A DNA stretch of 63,955 nt, filler included, from Kipferlia bialata (GCA_003568945.1; 6 parts of 6 records of this genome joined end to end with filler, not necessarily neighbours in it); one strand, 5' to 3'. Positions 39,188-53,033 are shown, numbered from the whole stretch's first letter. Notes: a model not told the origin generated them from the sequence alone. Translations and numbers: made by a program.

Positions 39188-40505
39188 AAATGTGATATGG
39201 AAGGAGACAAAGGGACACAGCACCCCTGTCAGTGTCCTGATGGGTAAGAGGGATGTATATATATAGGTATATGGGTATGGATATGAATATTGAGAGAGAA
39301 ATAGAGAGAGGGATAGTAGTATAAACATATGTGGATAGTGGGTATATGCACCTTGAGTGTGCCACTGTGTATATATACCTTGAGTGTGCCCTCCGATGTC
39401 GTGAAGTGGTCCCTGTTGACAGAGTCTAGGTAGGCATAGCCATACCCGGCCTGGATGTCTGGGGGTGAGAGAGTAACATACATAGCGGGAGAGTACACTA
39501 GTGACAGTCATCTATAAATAGAGAGAGAGAGGAGGCATACCCAGCCTGGATGTCTGGGGCTAGATACATGGAGAGAGAGGGATGGAACACTTGTTACACT
39601 TGTTACTAACTATATATAGAGAGAGAGGGGGGAGGCATGGACAGCCTGGATGAGGGGAAGGGGGGGGGGGTAGTATACTGATACAAGATACAGAGAGAGA
39701 AAGAGAGAGAGTGGTACCCATCCTGAGTCCTGGATGTCTGGGGATGAGAGAATGGAGAGTGGAGGGATAGAGACAGAGACAGAGAACGGTATGCAGTGGG
39801 CGGGTGAGAGAGGAAGAGAAGCGGAGCAGTCGCTTAGAGAGGACTACATATAGGATATGTATATAGGATATGTATATATATATGTGTCAGTGATACCGGT
39901 ACCGATACCGGTTTGTAGATGTACTTGGATCGGTATCATCACAGGTATGTAGCCACAAACACTATGCTGCATGCTATACACTCAGAGAGAGGCTGGTATA
40001 TGTACCCCCCGGGCATGTATCGATACAGGATAAGAAATATGAAATCGGTACCGGTATCATCTGAGTATGAAATACACATGAGAACCTGGGTTGGCGATCC
40101 TTCTCTATAGATACATATATATCTTTCTCTGTCTATAGGCATATGACTAAATCCCTGGGTATACTTTGGGACCATTATGGTGTACATACACCTGAATAGC
40201 AAATCGGTACCGATACCGATACTGGTATCATATTGAGTACCTGGGTTTGCGTCGTCCTTCTCGGGTGCGTACTTGAGTGCAATCCACCAGTCCACAGGTG
40301 CACCAGACTCATTCAGACAGGACAGGCCTAGAGTGAGGGGGTTACTGACTGCCAACACATACACATATCACAAGCAATGGATGGGTGTAAGTGTCTTGAT
40401 TGAGTACCACTCTTACTCACCAGAAGATGTGCTTCTGTAGCTAGGCCACCCTAGCACCCCTCCCACCAGTGCCACACACAGCAGCAGTCCCAAGACACGG
40501 GACAT
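36190..40505 (-). CDS. DNASE2: Deoxyribonuclease II (PLD superfamily), secreted/lysosomal; 3' end truncated
   Basis: Signal peptide MSRVLGLLLCVALVGG; LSCLNESGAPVDWWIALK, YYND, HAKG, HSVPHYP, GQSFIC, FAK and DHSK motifs over many exons. Confidence 0.9.
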
Positions 40506-40976
40506 GGGTGGTCTATGTCTGAAGAGAAAGTGTGCACCAGATACCTATCGTTCCACACCGATCACACTCGACCCTTTACACAACTACTAATCCAATCAAA
40601 AAATCAGTGGGGGACGTTTATTGACCTTCGGGGTTCGTCAAGGCCGACCAGGCACAACTGAGATAGTGAGGTCCCACCTCACACACTCCATGAGTGAGCC
40701 CGTGACCTATCACCCCGATCACTTCCCACATTGAAATTGAAAGACACATGTCACTCACTCACTTGTTAAGCCACCATACCGCAAGCATGACACTCTGCCA
40801 CCACAGCCATTGTGGGAACAGAACAACACTAAACAAAGAGCCACTGAAAGCAGTGAATATGTGAGGCTGTGGCTCCCTCCCAGTACAAGTCAATGCATTT
40901 GAACCGCATCACCCACTCCATACTCACTGTTGTATTACCTCACCTCCTACATATGTGTGTATATGTGGGTACACCC

Positions 40977-42395
40977 TCACTGCTCTGCATCGTATGCCAC
41001 CAGGGTGGACCAGTGGGGGAACCAGAAGGGCATGGACTGGGGGGGTAAGGGTATAATGAATATATAAATATATATATAGAGAGAGAGAGAGAGAGTATGT
41101 AGGGGGAGAGAGAGAGAGAGGGTGGACCAGTGGGGGAACCAGAAGGGCATGGACTGGGTGTAAGGTACGTAGGGAGGGAGAAAGAGCGAGAGACTGAGTG
41201 GAAGGTGTTGAAGGTGATAGAATTAGAAAATAGAGTACCTCTGGGGATATGTCTGTCTGTTCCTCACCCTCTCCCTTGAGAGTGGCAGACAGGGCCTTGG
41301 ACACAACCTAACAATGAGATGATACACTAATGTATACTAATATATGTATATAGCGAGAGAGACACAGACAGAAGGTGGCGTGAGAGTGGCAGACAGGGCC
41401 TTGGAGACAACCTAGACATGAGATGGTAAAAAGAAATACAAACACGGGGAGAGAGAGAGGTAGAGAGAGAAGTGGAAGAGAGGGCCTTGGACACAACCTA
41501 GACATGAGATGATATAGACATAGGGAGAGGGAGAGAGAAAGAGAGAGTATATATACCTTCTGAGTCCATCCACGAACATGCCATTGTATAAATACATATA
41601 CACAGATACAGTACATATTGTGGACACACGGTACAGAGGATACCACACACCTTCTGCCCCCTGTTTGATAGATGCAGTCCATCCACAAACAGAGTGTGAA
41701 GAGAACGTGTTTGATCCTATAGACACAGTGAATAGTATACAAAGCATGTATAAATAGAGTATATACCTTCTGCCCCCTGTTGGAGAGGTGCAGTCCATCC
41801 ACGAACAGTCCATTGTAGGAGTCAGGGGTCAGACCCTCCTGCTCTGCTGCAAAGGCCTGGGGTCAGTACATGGACCTTATAGTACTGGTACATATATCAG
41901 CATCAGTATCAGTATCCATGTGCCTCATATATATATATATATATATAGTCAGGGGTGAGGGCCTCCTGCTCTGCTGCAAAGGCCTGTGGTCAGTGTAAGT
42001 ACCTTGTAGAGATGGACAAACCGGGTGCCCAACTCCTTGGCCACAGACCCACAGGCATCGACATAGTCCCCAGTCCTATAATAAGTAGGTGGATGTGAGT
42101 AGTATATCGATATATACATATATATATATATATATATCGATATACTACTATAAGTAGGTGGAGAGTTACTATATCTGACTATATAGGATACATACAGTAT
42201 ACAGAGAGTGTGAGAACGTACACATCTCTACCGTACGTATTCATGAATATATACCTCTCTGCCGTCATGTCGACTGACCGACAGTACATACTCTATGTAT
42301 TATAGTTCATGCTTCTATACCACATTCACTCACTATGATACCTCTCTGCGGTTCTGTCTATACAGTATATATATAGTATACATTATCCATCATAT

Positions 42396-42429
<34 letters not shown>

Positions 42430-42831
42430 TCATGTCTATACCTCTCTCGGGTTCTGTCTACTGGGTCGATGCTCCTTGGCTTGCAGAACTGGTCCTAGAG
42501 TAAAAGGGTGCCATATATGGAGAGTGGCTCGTATACATAAATACATTATCGTACATATGTATGTACTTGTATATGTATGTAGAGCATACCATGTATGTGG
42601 CGTCGTTGACTGGGGGTGGAGACATCAGGACAACTCTGTCAGAGGGGACACCGGCCTGGGGGTGAAAGTGGACATAGGGAGAGAGAGAGAGAGGAAAAGA
42701 AGGGGGTGACAGCCTAGTATGCATATATAGTATACCTCTGTGAAGTGTGCCACCATTGTCTTGAGTGTCTCGGTGTACACAGGGACAGGGACGTGCTGGA
42801 CCTGGGGGGAGACACAGAAGAGAACCATGGG

Positions 42832-42869
<38 letters not shown>

Positions 42870-43026
42870 GGGAAGGGCTTCGACTTGGGTTTAGAGGAGA
42901 TAGGGGGGAGTATAGATAGTACCACAGAGAGAATAGAAGTATGGTGAAGAAAGAGAGAGGGGGTCATACCTTGTTAGTCTCCAAGGCGGCATCGTTGGCA
43001 CCGAACCAAATGATGACAACGCCATT
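40977..43026 (-). CDS. IAH1: SGNH/GDSL esterase of the IAH1 family; N-terminal GDS block not found
   Basis: IIWFGANDAAL, QHVPVPVY..L, VVLMSPPPV, YVDACGSVAKE, FVDGLHLSNRG, FPHW. Confidence 0.85.
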
Positions 43027-43629
43027 CTGGAGATGAGAGAGAGGGGAGCAAGAGAGAGAGAGAGAGAGAGAGAACGGCAGGAGACAAAGCCATTCTGGAG
43101 ATGAGGAAGGGGGGGGGGGGGGGGGGGGGGGTATGAGAGAGTGCTTCTACAACACATAACTATCTAACTAGGGAAATAGGTATAACACTCTCAGGATATA
43201 CATCTATATACACATATACCATACCTCTCCTCCACCTCCTGACTGGTCAGTGCATGGGTCTCACCCACGTGCTCTGGGGTCCTCTCTCTCTCTCTCTCTC
43301 CCTCTCTCTCGGGAGACAGCATCACCTACACACGCTCAGTCACGCACACGCTCAGCCTTTCCTCCTAATACACTCAAGAGTGATACCCTAGCACTATATC
43401 GTGTAACCGGTACACTATATGTCCTCTAGAGTACTAGCAAGGCAGTGTATAGCAGAGGTAGGGTCTATGCCGAATTCACTATCCAGAAGCTACACCCCTT
43501 ATTCAATCAATGAGTTTTTCCTCCGTACCCTTTTTAGGTTTTTGACTACGTCAAAACGCTTCGTCCTCAAGCGTCAGCACCTAAGTCTCTCTTCAGTGGG
43601 CTAGTGTAGAGGTCTGTGTCCTCTAGGAG

Positions 43630-43721
43630 ATGTCCCGCCTCTTCAGCTACCGTCTGGAGACCAATGAGCGCCTGGATCTGCAGGAGAATGTGCTCCCGGC
43701 CAGAGGTTTTGGCCGTAGGAG
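43630..43721 (+). CDS. Orphan first exon (MSRLFSYRLETNERLDLQENVLPARGFGRR); linkage to the downstream transporter exons uncertain
   Basis: ATG followed by an open frame ending in a strong donor AG|GTGAGT. Confidence 0.45.
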
Positions 43722-44389
43722 GTGAGTGAATAATACTGGTACCGTACTATCAGAGTCGGTACCGTGTCTACTACATATCCATATCTTTGAAACTGGGTGT
43801 CAAGAGATACTATGAGTTAACTATACCGTGTGTGTGCGTATGTATGACGGGCTGCATGGGTTGTGTCTAGTATATGCATTGCATGTGAGCCACTATATTG
43901 GTTTCTACATACCGGTACCACTATATGTATCATTAACAGATCTAATACTTTGGAGATGTAGTAAGTCTCTATATCTCTTGCCGCCAGTCTTCCTCTCTTC
44001 CTCTCTCCCTCTGTGTTTCTGCTATACTCTGATTCTTCATGGATGAGAGGCCTCGGCAGTCAGTATAGAATGAATTATTGTATGTATTAATATCGCTCTA
44101 ATATAGAGTAATATTAATACATGTATGTGTACTGGTGCCGGAATATAGTTTATCATTTTCCCCCCCCCCCCCCCCCCCCCTCATTCTTACCCCAGACCAA
44201 CATTGGGTGCACAATCCTCAGCCTCTCTCTCTCTCTCCCTCCCGCTCTGCTCTTTCTCTCTCTCTCCCTAACTCTAGACCAACATTGGGTGCAACATCAT
44301 CAAGGTTGTGATGCTGGTGGTGCTGGGCAATATCTCTCTCTCTCTCTCTCTCTCTATGTATGTATATATATACATATACCTAACCTCAG

Positions 44390-46813
44390 ACCAACATTGG
44401 GTGTAACATCATCAAGGTTGTGATGCTGGTGGTGCTTGGGTGCTCGTACCCGGCCATGATGGCATGCAACGTGGCAGGTATACATTCATATTACTACACA
44501 CATTGCAATAGTATGTATATGTAGTGTCTTCTCTATATACTATATACATATGTGTCTATAGGAGTAATGCTCGTGCCCTGCCATAATGACATGCATGTAT
44601 TTCTGTGTTTCTGTACATGCGATTATTGTTGTACAGTATGTATTTGTATGTATATTGCTACTCCTACCATGACGTCACGTAGTATGGCAGGTATGGATGG
44701 ATATGTGTATATATATTGTATTATTTGTAGTATATGCAGCTATACCCACTACCTTCATCCCATGCGTTGAGGGCATGACTGGCGACTGCGTATGTATTTA
44801 TCAATGTATTGATTTATATGTATATCTATGTACTATCTATACTATACATACTGACCCCAGGTGTTGAGGGCGTGACTAATAACTTTGTATAAATCAATAT
44901 ATATATATATATGTAGATACCATAATATATATACCCACCCCAGGCGTTGAGGGTGTCACTGGCAAGCTCCGCGGCAGCAAGCGTTCCCTCGTCGTCATCT
45001 GCCTCTTCTCCCTGACCTACCTCGTGGCAGTCCTCGCCCCCTCCATCTCCTTTGTCATATCCCTCCTATCCGCCACAGCTGGCACCATGATATACTTTGT
45101 GCTGCCAGGCATAGTTGCCATCATGACCCCTGCCTCCCTCCCCCCTAGTGATGTATGCCTTGATATATATGATATGGTGGAGTGTGTGCCGGGTGAGGAG
45201 AGTGAGGGTGCATGTCCCTACAAGCCTAGGGCACACACATCATCTGTACTGGCTGTCATGAGTATGTTCACAGACGTGGATGTGGTCAGGTCTAATGCAG
45301 GTATAGTGTGTGTACATACATGTATATGTTTTTGTATATGTATAGTTCTATGGGTGTGTATATGTGTATATATACTTTTACTGAATATGTTCAAAGATGT
45401 GGTCAGATCTAATGCAGGTAGGGGTAATGCCTGTTATGCAGATATACATTTGGGTATAGATAGATAGACAGATGGATATATAGATATATGTGTGTTTACT
45501 ACTTATGCCTTGGCAGCATCGGCGGTGTACTCCGTGAGCGTGCCCTGTCCCTATCATATATATATATATATATATATTTGTATATACCGTCATATACTAT
45601 ATATTGATATATGGCTATATACTAATTATCAGGCACCATCGGTGGCGTCCTCAGGGAGCGTGCCATGTCCCTATCAGATATATATATATATACAAATATT
45701 TATGAATACATATAAATATATATATATATGTATATACATATTGTATATACCTATACACTCATAGTATATGTCTAATTGTCTAACTGTCAGGCAGCATTGG
45801 TGGTGTCCTTAGAGAGCGTGCCATGTCTCTCTCCATTACTATTGTATATATATATATACGTATACACACGTAGTATACATGGTTGTATCTATACTAATCC
45901 CTAGGCAGTATTGGCGGTGTCCTCAGGGAGCGTGCCATGTCTCTCTCCTTCAGACCCCTCCACTCCAGTGTCAGGGCAGGGGACAGTGTGCAGCAGAGAC
46001 GGAGAGCACAGACACTCACCCTGGCCACAGGCACTGCATCCAGGACAGTCAGGTATGAGGGTGTGTGTGTATGGGAATGCACCGTACTATATACATCAGT
46101 GGTATATGTGTGTATATGTACATGCAGTCTAACCCCTCTGGTCCTCCAGCATAGCCTCCATCTAGTGTATACTGATATACATATATCATATGTATATACA
46201 CATATAACAAGTATATATGTAAGTACCCCCTTACCACTAGGTCATCGAGCATTGCGTCCATCTCAGAGTCCCCCTGGGACAGTGGCTCCAGAGGCAGGGC
46301 AGCAACCATCCACCTGGCACCCAAGGTATAGTATATAGTAATAGTATATAGTGTATAGTGATTGTATAGTAGATACTGACACTGCCACTGACCCCCCAGG
46401 CCCCCGAGGACAGTGACGCCACACACCCCGAGGGTGAGCACGTAGACAGTGACAGGTGGCAGGATGTTGATGTGGCTCATCCTGCTGTGGCTAGGCTGCT
46501 AGACAGGGCACTGGGGCCAGGGGCAGAGGGAGTGACGCTGGCAGGGAAGGATAGCGAGATTGAGATAGAGGAGGGCGGTGCACACGAGATCCCCCACCCC
46601 GAGGGAGAGGGAGAGGGAGAGGGAGAGACACATGCTGCTGAGGTTGTGCAAGAGATGGCCCCCCCCTCCTCCCCCAACCCAGTCAAGCAGGAGGTGGCTG
46701 AGACTGATACCAAGCCTCTCAAGAAGCCTCTCTCCAGCTACATCCTAGGCACCACCCTGGTCCTGTATGGCATAGCCAACAGCGCACTCAAGGTGAGGGC
46801 ATTCCTATCCTGA
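44390..46813 (+). CDS. Amino-acid transporter (Aa_trans/SLC38-like), C-terminal TM segments only
   Basis: MLVVLGCSYP, LVAVLAPSISFVISLLSATAGTMIYFVLPG, a long loop insertion, final TM YILGTTLVLYGI. Confidence 0.7.
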
Positions 46814-47056
46814 GACGGAAAGGGGGCAGGACTCAGTTCAAATAGATACTTCATTATTATTGAAGTGACTCGTTTGTGTTGAGAGGTGTGTGTGTGTTGT
46901 ATTGTTGAACAAACCAGTATACACTCCATTATTGTGGGCCATGAATACTACACTCTCTAATGATCACGAATCTCTATCTATTAGTGTGCTACTTCCATCA
47001 CTCTCCCATGGCTGTGCCACTTCCAACATATATGCCAGATTGACATGTATCACTAT

Positions 47057-47954
47057 TCACTTCCTTGGCACTACCACCGCACTAGGTGGAATAATGCCCC
47101 ACCTCATGCCGTGGTGTGGGTACACCAGTGCAGGGTCTATGTAGTGTATGGTGTTGGGGCGTGCCATTACAGCCAAGGCAGGTGTGAACATGCCCAAGTC
47201 TCCCCCAAAGGTCTGGTCTGGTAGCACAGCAACCTCTCCTGATATGGTGTCATATAGACACCAGTGGTACATCGTGTTGAAGTGGGTGTCTGTGTATTTC
47301 TGCGTTACCAGCAGATAGTGGCCTAGAGACAGCAGGCAGACACCCAAGCGCCTATGAGGAGCCCTAGTCTTAGTCACTACCCACCCCTCTCTCGGGTTGA
47401 ATGACACCAGACTCCCTCCGGTACTGAGCCCATACACTCTGCCCCCTATCACAGGCAATGGGACTGATGAGTTACAGAGGCGAGGGGTAGGGTGGGTGGA
47501 CATGACCCATTCAGTAGGAGTGATCCCCGTATCCATACAGAGAGTGTCCAGTCTCCGGTTCCCAGCGATGACTCTATGGGACACTACCACATAGCATATT
47601 GCATCAAGAGCGAAGAAGACGTGGGTAGCAGCATCTCTCATATCTAGAGCTTCAGCGGGCCCAGTGGATACTACACCTCCCTCTTCGCTTGTGTCAAGTT
47701 GCCACGCTGCAACTACGTCGTCCTGGATGCTATACAGTACTCCTCCCACGCAACATATGAATCCAAAGCTACTTGGAACCTTTCTCATAGTACTACTGAT
47801 CTCCAGCGTTCCATCCTCTAGCAACGTGTGGAAACGCAAGTTGCCCCACTCACGTTGCATAATGGTGTTGTGACCGATTTCAAGAGGCAATCAACTGAAG
47901 ATAGACTCCTTGGTTGTAGAGTGGTGTACAAAGAGTGGGACGGTGCCTGACATG
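47057..47954 (-). CDS. Intronless degenerate Kelch-like beta-propeller protein (5' truncated)
   Basis: ORF of at least 277 aa with VGGVLY, VIGGRVY, SFNPREGW and YDTISGE blade-like repeats. Confidence 0.6.
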
Positions 47955-48054
47955 NNNNNNNNNNNNNNNNNNNNNNNNNNNNNNNNNNNNNNNNNNNNTT
48001 AATTAATTAANNNNNNNNNNNNNNNNNNNNNNNNNNNNNNNNNNNNNNNNNNNN
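47955..48054. other. Artificial contig linker
   Basis: N-TTAATTAATTAA-N, 100 nt. Confidence 0.98.
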
Positions 48055-48099
48055 ATTCCATATTTGTCTTCTACCCCCCCCCCCCCCCCCATCACCCAG

Positions 48100-51000
48100 T
48101 GTACCGACCCTCATCCAAGGCCTCCAAATACGAAACAGTGTTTCAGCGCCGCCTCCAGTCTCTCCAGTACTGTGAGCCCCTCACTCAGGTGGGTCACATA
48201 TATGTGTATCTCAGCTGACTCTGCACGGCAAGGCACTCATTTCTCTTAGGGGCTGCATTGGGTTTTCTAATGTCAGGCGTTACAGGAGGGTTCCCCCGTC
48301 TGCACTGCTGTCAGGTACATACACATCTGACACGTACTTATCGTGTAGGATTGTTTCTCTACTCGGGTCCATATCTGTAATCTCTCACCCAGTACCACTC
48401 AAGACTATGGCCCCATCCCTCCTGTCCCCAGACTGGACAGACAGAGGTGTGTGGGTGTGGTATGTGCTTCCCCAGTATCAAGCATGTCACACGCTCTCCG
48501 CATCAATCTCTATCTGATATTCTGACCCTGTATGTATGTTACCCTACTCTGACTGTCTAGGTGGGAGAAGCTCACCTTCATGGGTGCTGATGAGCTGAGG
48601 GAGTCCTTTGTACACGAGGTCTCTGCCCTGTCCCAGGCAGACACAGACACACACGCACAGGTAAGGGGCATGTGGTGTAGGCTGTGAAGTTAGGCATGCG
48701 ACAGTCTCTAACTCTACCCCCTCCCCCCCTACCCCCAGGGCTGGCAGGGTGTGGTGTCTGTGGAGATGGCCGATGGCGAGGCCGACACACACATCATGTC
48801 TAGAGTCACCCAGGGACCCAGCATAGTCGTTTCTAATGATGGGGACTTTCTGTGCTCACCCGGCCTTAGGGTGGTGAGGCCTGAGGACCTCATAGCAGCT
48901 GGCCTCAAGGGTCTGGGGGATGGTGCATGTACAGGTGACCCTGATCCCATGTGTGGCAGGGATGTGCCAGTGTACAGTGCTGCCTACACCGAGGCCGCCC
49001 TAGGTGCCTCCCCGGGCCACCTCCCCCTTGTGTCCTGGGTGTGTGGCAACGACTACAGCACAGCCCACATGCCCGTAATCAGTGCCTTCCTGGAGAGGTG
49101 TGCACCCCGGCACCTGGCTGAACTGTACGCTAGGCAGGGCACTCCCTATGGAGCTAGGCTGAGGGCAGTCAGTGGCTGGCTGGCTAACAACCCAACCTTC
49201 TACAGGAGCAAGGAGGTGTGTGGTGTGGTGTCTACTGAAACTCCGGCATCGGTCTGTCTAAACCCGCATTCATATGTTTTAATCCCTCACTGACCCCAGG
49301 CCAAGGGGTATCTGAGGAAGCACCCCGCTCTACTGGATGCCCTGAGGCAGACATACACCTCCCTAGGGTACAAGACCCCCACCTGGCTGATGACCATGCC
49401 CAAGTGTAGAGGGGGGGCAGGGGCGGTGGTGCCTGTGCACGTGTACCCGTCCCCCCATGCCCCCTGTGTACACATGGATCTGATAGGGGCCTGTCCCGCA
49501 GACACAGAGAGTGGGCAGGGTGCTGGAAGGAAGCCCCTAGTGCTGCCCACCAATGACACTGTACTCGAGGCCCAGCTGGTGTCTCTGACTAGACACACCA
49601 TGGACAGAGGCCTCAACCACCTAATACCCATGCTGCTGCACCTCAAGCACACAGGTACCGGGGTGGGGTGTATATGTGGATCAATTCGTATCAAGCTAAC
49701 TCTCTAGGATTTGAGACCACATTCATAGCTACCCCCAGCTACACACCTCCCACTCTGGGTGTGGCAGCACCGTCTCGGACTCTGCTAGGTATGGGTGTAT
49801 AAGTATTGTCCATCATTCTCCACCCCCCTCCTACCCTCACCCATGCCTGATCCTGTCTGCCCCCCTGCACTCTGTGGTCAGAGGCACACTACCAGTATCA
49901 GTATCACAGGACACAGAGGGGGGGTCTGGTACAGGTGTGGGGTCTGTGGCCCTGTGGAGACCCATACCAGACGCCCAGGTCAGTGGCAGTATATGAGATG
50001 TGATACTTATAGAATGGATGGTTGGCAGACTGCTATGTGTATATATTTGTGGTTCGTAGGGGGTTCTCACCCTCTGCTCACCCCAGGCCATTGCGTCTAG
50101 GCTGACTGGAGTGGTTGCCGTACCCTGTCAGAGCATAGTGTGGGGAAGGTGGGGGTGGGGATCCATACATGTGTTCATGCATATATGAATTCATCCCTCA
50201 TTCATCCCTCAGTCTGTATATATAGATGCTTGTGGTCCACTGTTTTGAATCTCGACTCTTATAGTCTCAAATCCCACCCCAGCCTAGATCTGTCCACCAA
50301 TACTGCCCTGACAGGGGATAGATTCGGAATGGTGGGCGTTCCCCTCCCCACTGCACCCTTTACCCTAAACACCTCTGGCACGGGTGGACTATTCAGTAGT
50401 GTACCTGGTATGGAGTCGAGTGACAGGTACACGTTCCCATCATCTGGCGACAAGTCGACCCCAGCGTATGAGTGGGTCTGTGGCCGAGCACTCTCTGTGA
50501 CCTGGCTCTCTCTCCTTCTATCCCCCTTCGGTGTTGACAGAGACGCCATAACTGCATGCCTCCCTCCCCCACCCTCTCCCTTGGCCGATGGGTCTCCCCC
50601 TCCCCTGTGTGCCCTCAGACACCACCTGGACGTGTGTGCCATGATAGGGGGTGTGCTGGCCCTAGCCCACTTCTGCTCTGCCTGTGCCATGCCCCTGAGT
50701 GCCGCAGAGCATGGGATGCTGGCCAGAATGGTATATCTGGTGCAGACAGAGGGGGAGGGAGAGGGAGAGACAGGGGTGGACGCAGCACTCTATGGAGAGG
50801 GAGAGAGTGACTGGCACTGGGGGAGGACTACCCCCCTACCCCCCCTGGAGCCACTGTACCAACAGCCCCTGAGGGGCCCTGGGTCTGCCGTCCTCTTTGG
50901 CTATCTGATGTGTGCGTGTAGACATGCCCTGATCAGTGCACTGCTGGTGGGAATGGCAGCCCCTAGGATGAGGGTGATAGCTGATGGGAGACTGTATCTG

Positions 51001-51435
51001 GCGGCAGCGGCCTGGGCTGAGGGTAAGGGCAGGACAGGGAGTGTGTCTGAGTCAGGACACCCCCAGGATGGTGTGTACACCCCTCTCTTCGGTGCCCTCC
51101 CCACACCCTCTGACAGTGCTGTATCAGTGTTCCTGGATGTAGGGACGGCGTCTGTACTAGCTACCCAGGAGAGGGAGAGGGAGAGGGAGAGGGAGAGAGG
51201 GCGTGTTAGCCATGGGCAGAGGATACCATACAACCAACAACCCAACCGCAATACTAGCGGTAGGGAGACAGCGCGGAGTGTGTATCCACCCGGCAGCAGA
51301 CCGAGGGAGAGACAGAGGGGTCAAGTGCAGCAGAGGGAGAGACCCCCCCACCTACCCCCTGGGGCTGGGCCACCAGCCAAGAGACACAGACAGCCACCCG
51401 GCTCAGGGTACGGCAAGGGAGAGTGGGGCAGATGA
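48100..51435 (+). CDS. PIN-like (XPG_I/Asteroid/FAM120-type) nuclease-domain protein, 5' truncated
   Basis: MADGEADTH..IVVSNDGDFL and VCGNDYS match the EAD / S.DSDF / GNDY motifs of FEN1-like PIN domains; multi-exon, terminal exon ends at 51435. Confidence 0.7.
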
Positions 51436-51649
51436 TACCCGGAGCTGCAGTGTATGTGTCGAATTCCTTTCTATGTTCTAGTTATGCACTAGGGTGTCCC
51501 AATGATTGTATTCATTATACTGTGTGACTGATAGATCGAGTGTGTTGTACATGATCATAGTAGTATCCAGGCTCATCTATTGAAATGTGGGGCGGTGTCA
51601 TGTACCGACACCTGCCGCCCCCTATTGCTATATAAATACAGGCACCCAT

Positions 51650-52772
51650 CTACTGGTCGATGTCGTACCCCCCCAGGGAGCTCTCCTCGTCAGACTCATC
51701 ATCACTCTGGTCAAACAGAATCTGCCTGGCCATGCCCTTACCCTTGCCCATGCCTGTGCTGCGGTGCCTGTCTCTCTCCCTCTCCCTCTCCTCCCTCTCT
51801 ATCTGCCGTTGCCTCTTCCTCTCGCTCTCTGGGTTGGGCTGCATCATGCCCTTGCCCCTGCCACCACCCTCTCTGCTAGGCACAGGCCTCAGATCATCCT
51901 CATCCTCATCCTCATCTTCGTCGTCACTCTCAGGGGCCCTCTTAGAGGCTGGCTCTCTGACGTCGTATCCCTCGCTGTCCTCGACCTCCTCGTGCCTCTC
52001 TCTCTCTATGCTGTCCATCCTAGGGGGCAGGGGCCGGGTCTCCTCCTCAGACTCAGAGTCCACCACAAGGTTGGAGGTCCTGCCGGGGGCGTCGCCTAGG
52101 CCCTCGCTCTCCTCTGCCTGGCTGTGTCTGTCGTAGTCAAGCTCACTGTCGTCCTGGGGTCTGAGGGGCTGAGGGCAAAGGAGATATACACATAGGGAGA
52201 GGAACTGGAGATGAAGAATGGGATGTCACAGCACTCCTGGGAGTCGGGATGTGGTAATCCTGCCTGTACCAACATTTCTGATGACACTGCTAACTAGATC
52301 TATATACGACAAGGACAACATGAAACTAGAACAAATATGAAGAAACGATAACATGAGAGATGGAAATATAGATATAGATATATAGGTCCACACATGACTC
52401 ACATCCAGGGCCTCGTCGTCGTCCAGAGCCTTGACAGGGGCAGCTGCAGCTGTGTGCAGCTCGTGGACCAGGTCGACCCAGGTCATGTACACATCGATGG
52501 GCTTGTCAAACTCTTGGGTCAGATGATGGATGACACTCCAAACAGATACACCCATCTAAGTATTATAATAGCGATATCCACACATACTCACTTCCGACTG
52601 CTGTGTTGTATGTCTGCCCGCATGCGTTGCAACGCACATGCCCCTCCTGTATCTTGTTGAGGATCTTGATGACCACAGTGAGGTTCTCACGGCAGTACGG
52701 ACAATCAAAGACCTCCTCCAGCTTCTGGCGCTTACGTGGCCTGAACTGAATGGACTTTGACTTGCCCCCCAT
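51650..52772 (-). CDS. ELF1: Transcription elongation factor Elf1 with long acidic tail
   Basis: MGGKSK..KLEEVFDCPYC..GHVRCNACGQTY..PIDVYMTWVD; three exons. Confidence 0.92.
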
Positions 52773-53033
52773 TGCACAGCTCCTGAAGAGTGTGTGGGGC
52801 CATGAAGGGAAGACACGGACCCTTTCACATTTTTGCACTCTTCAGGATAGTAGAGTGCAGAGACAGATACATAGGCCTATTACGTGGCTAACCGGTCATA
52901 CCAACACCGAGGAACGGCCCCTCTCAAGAAGGGCATTGCATTTAATGAATGATTACAAAACGAGAACAACTGACACACAAAATACAGGGCAATCAGCCGA
53001 AACAAACAGGCAGACAGCGAGATCCCAGGAACA

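Noticed and set aside
39890..40230. GGTACCGATACC repeats as additional DNase II exons or a mobile element
   Set aside because: The flanking exons splice in frame without them (NP|DIQAG), and no terminal repeats or target duplication were seen.
25566..51435. Apparent nucleic-acid 'defence island' (ZNFX1, DNase II, PIN nuclease)
   Set aside because: The three genes lie on different contigs separated by artificial linkers.
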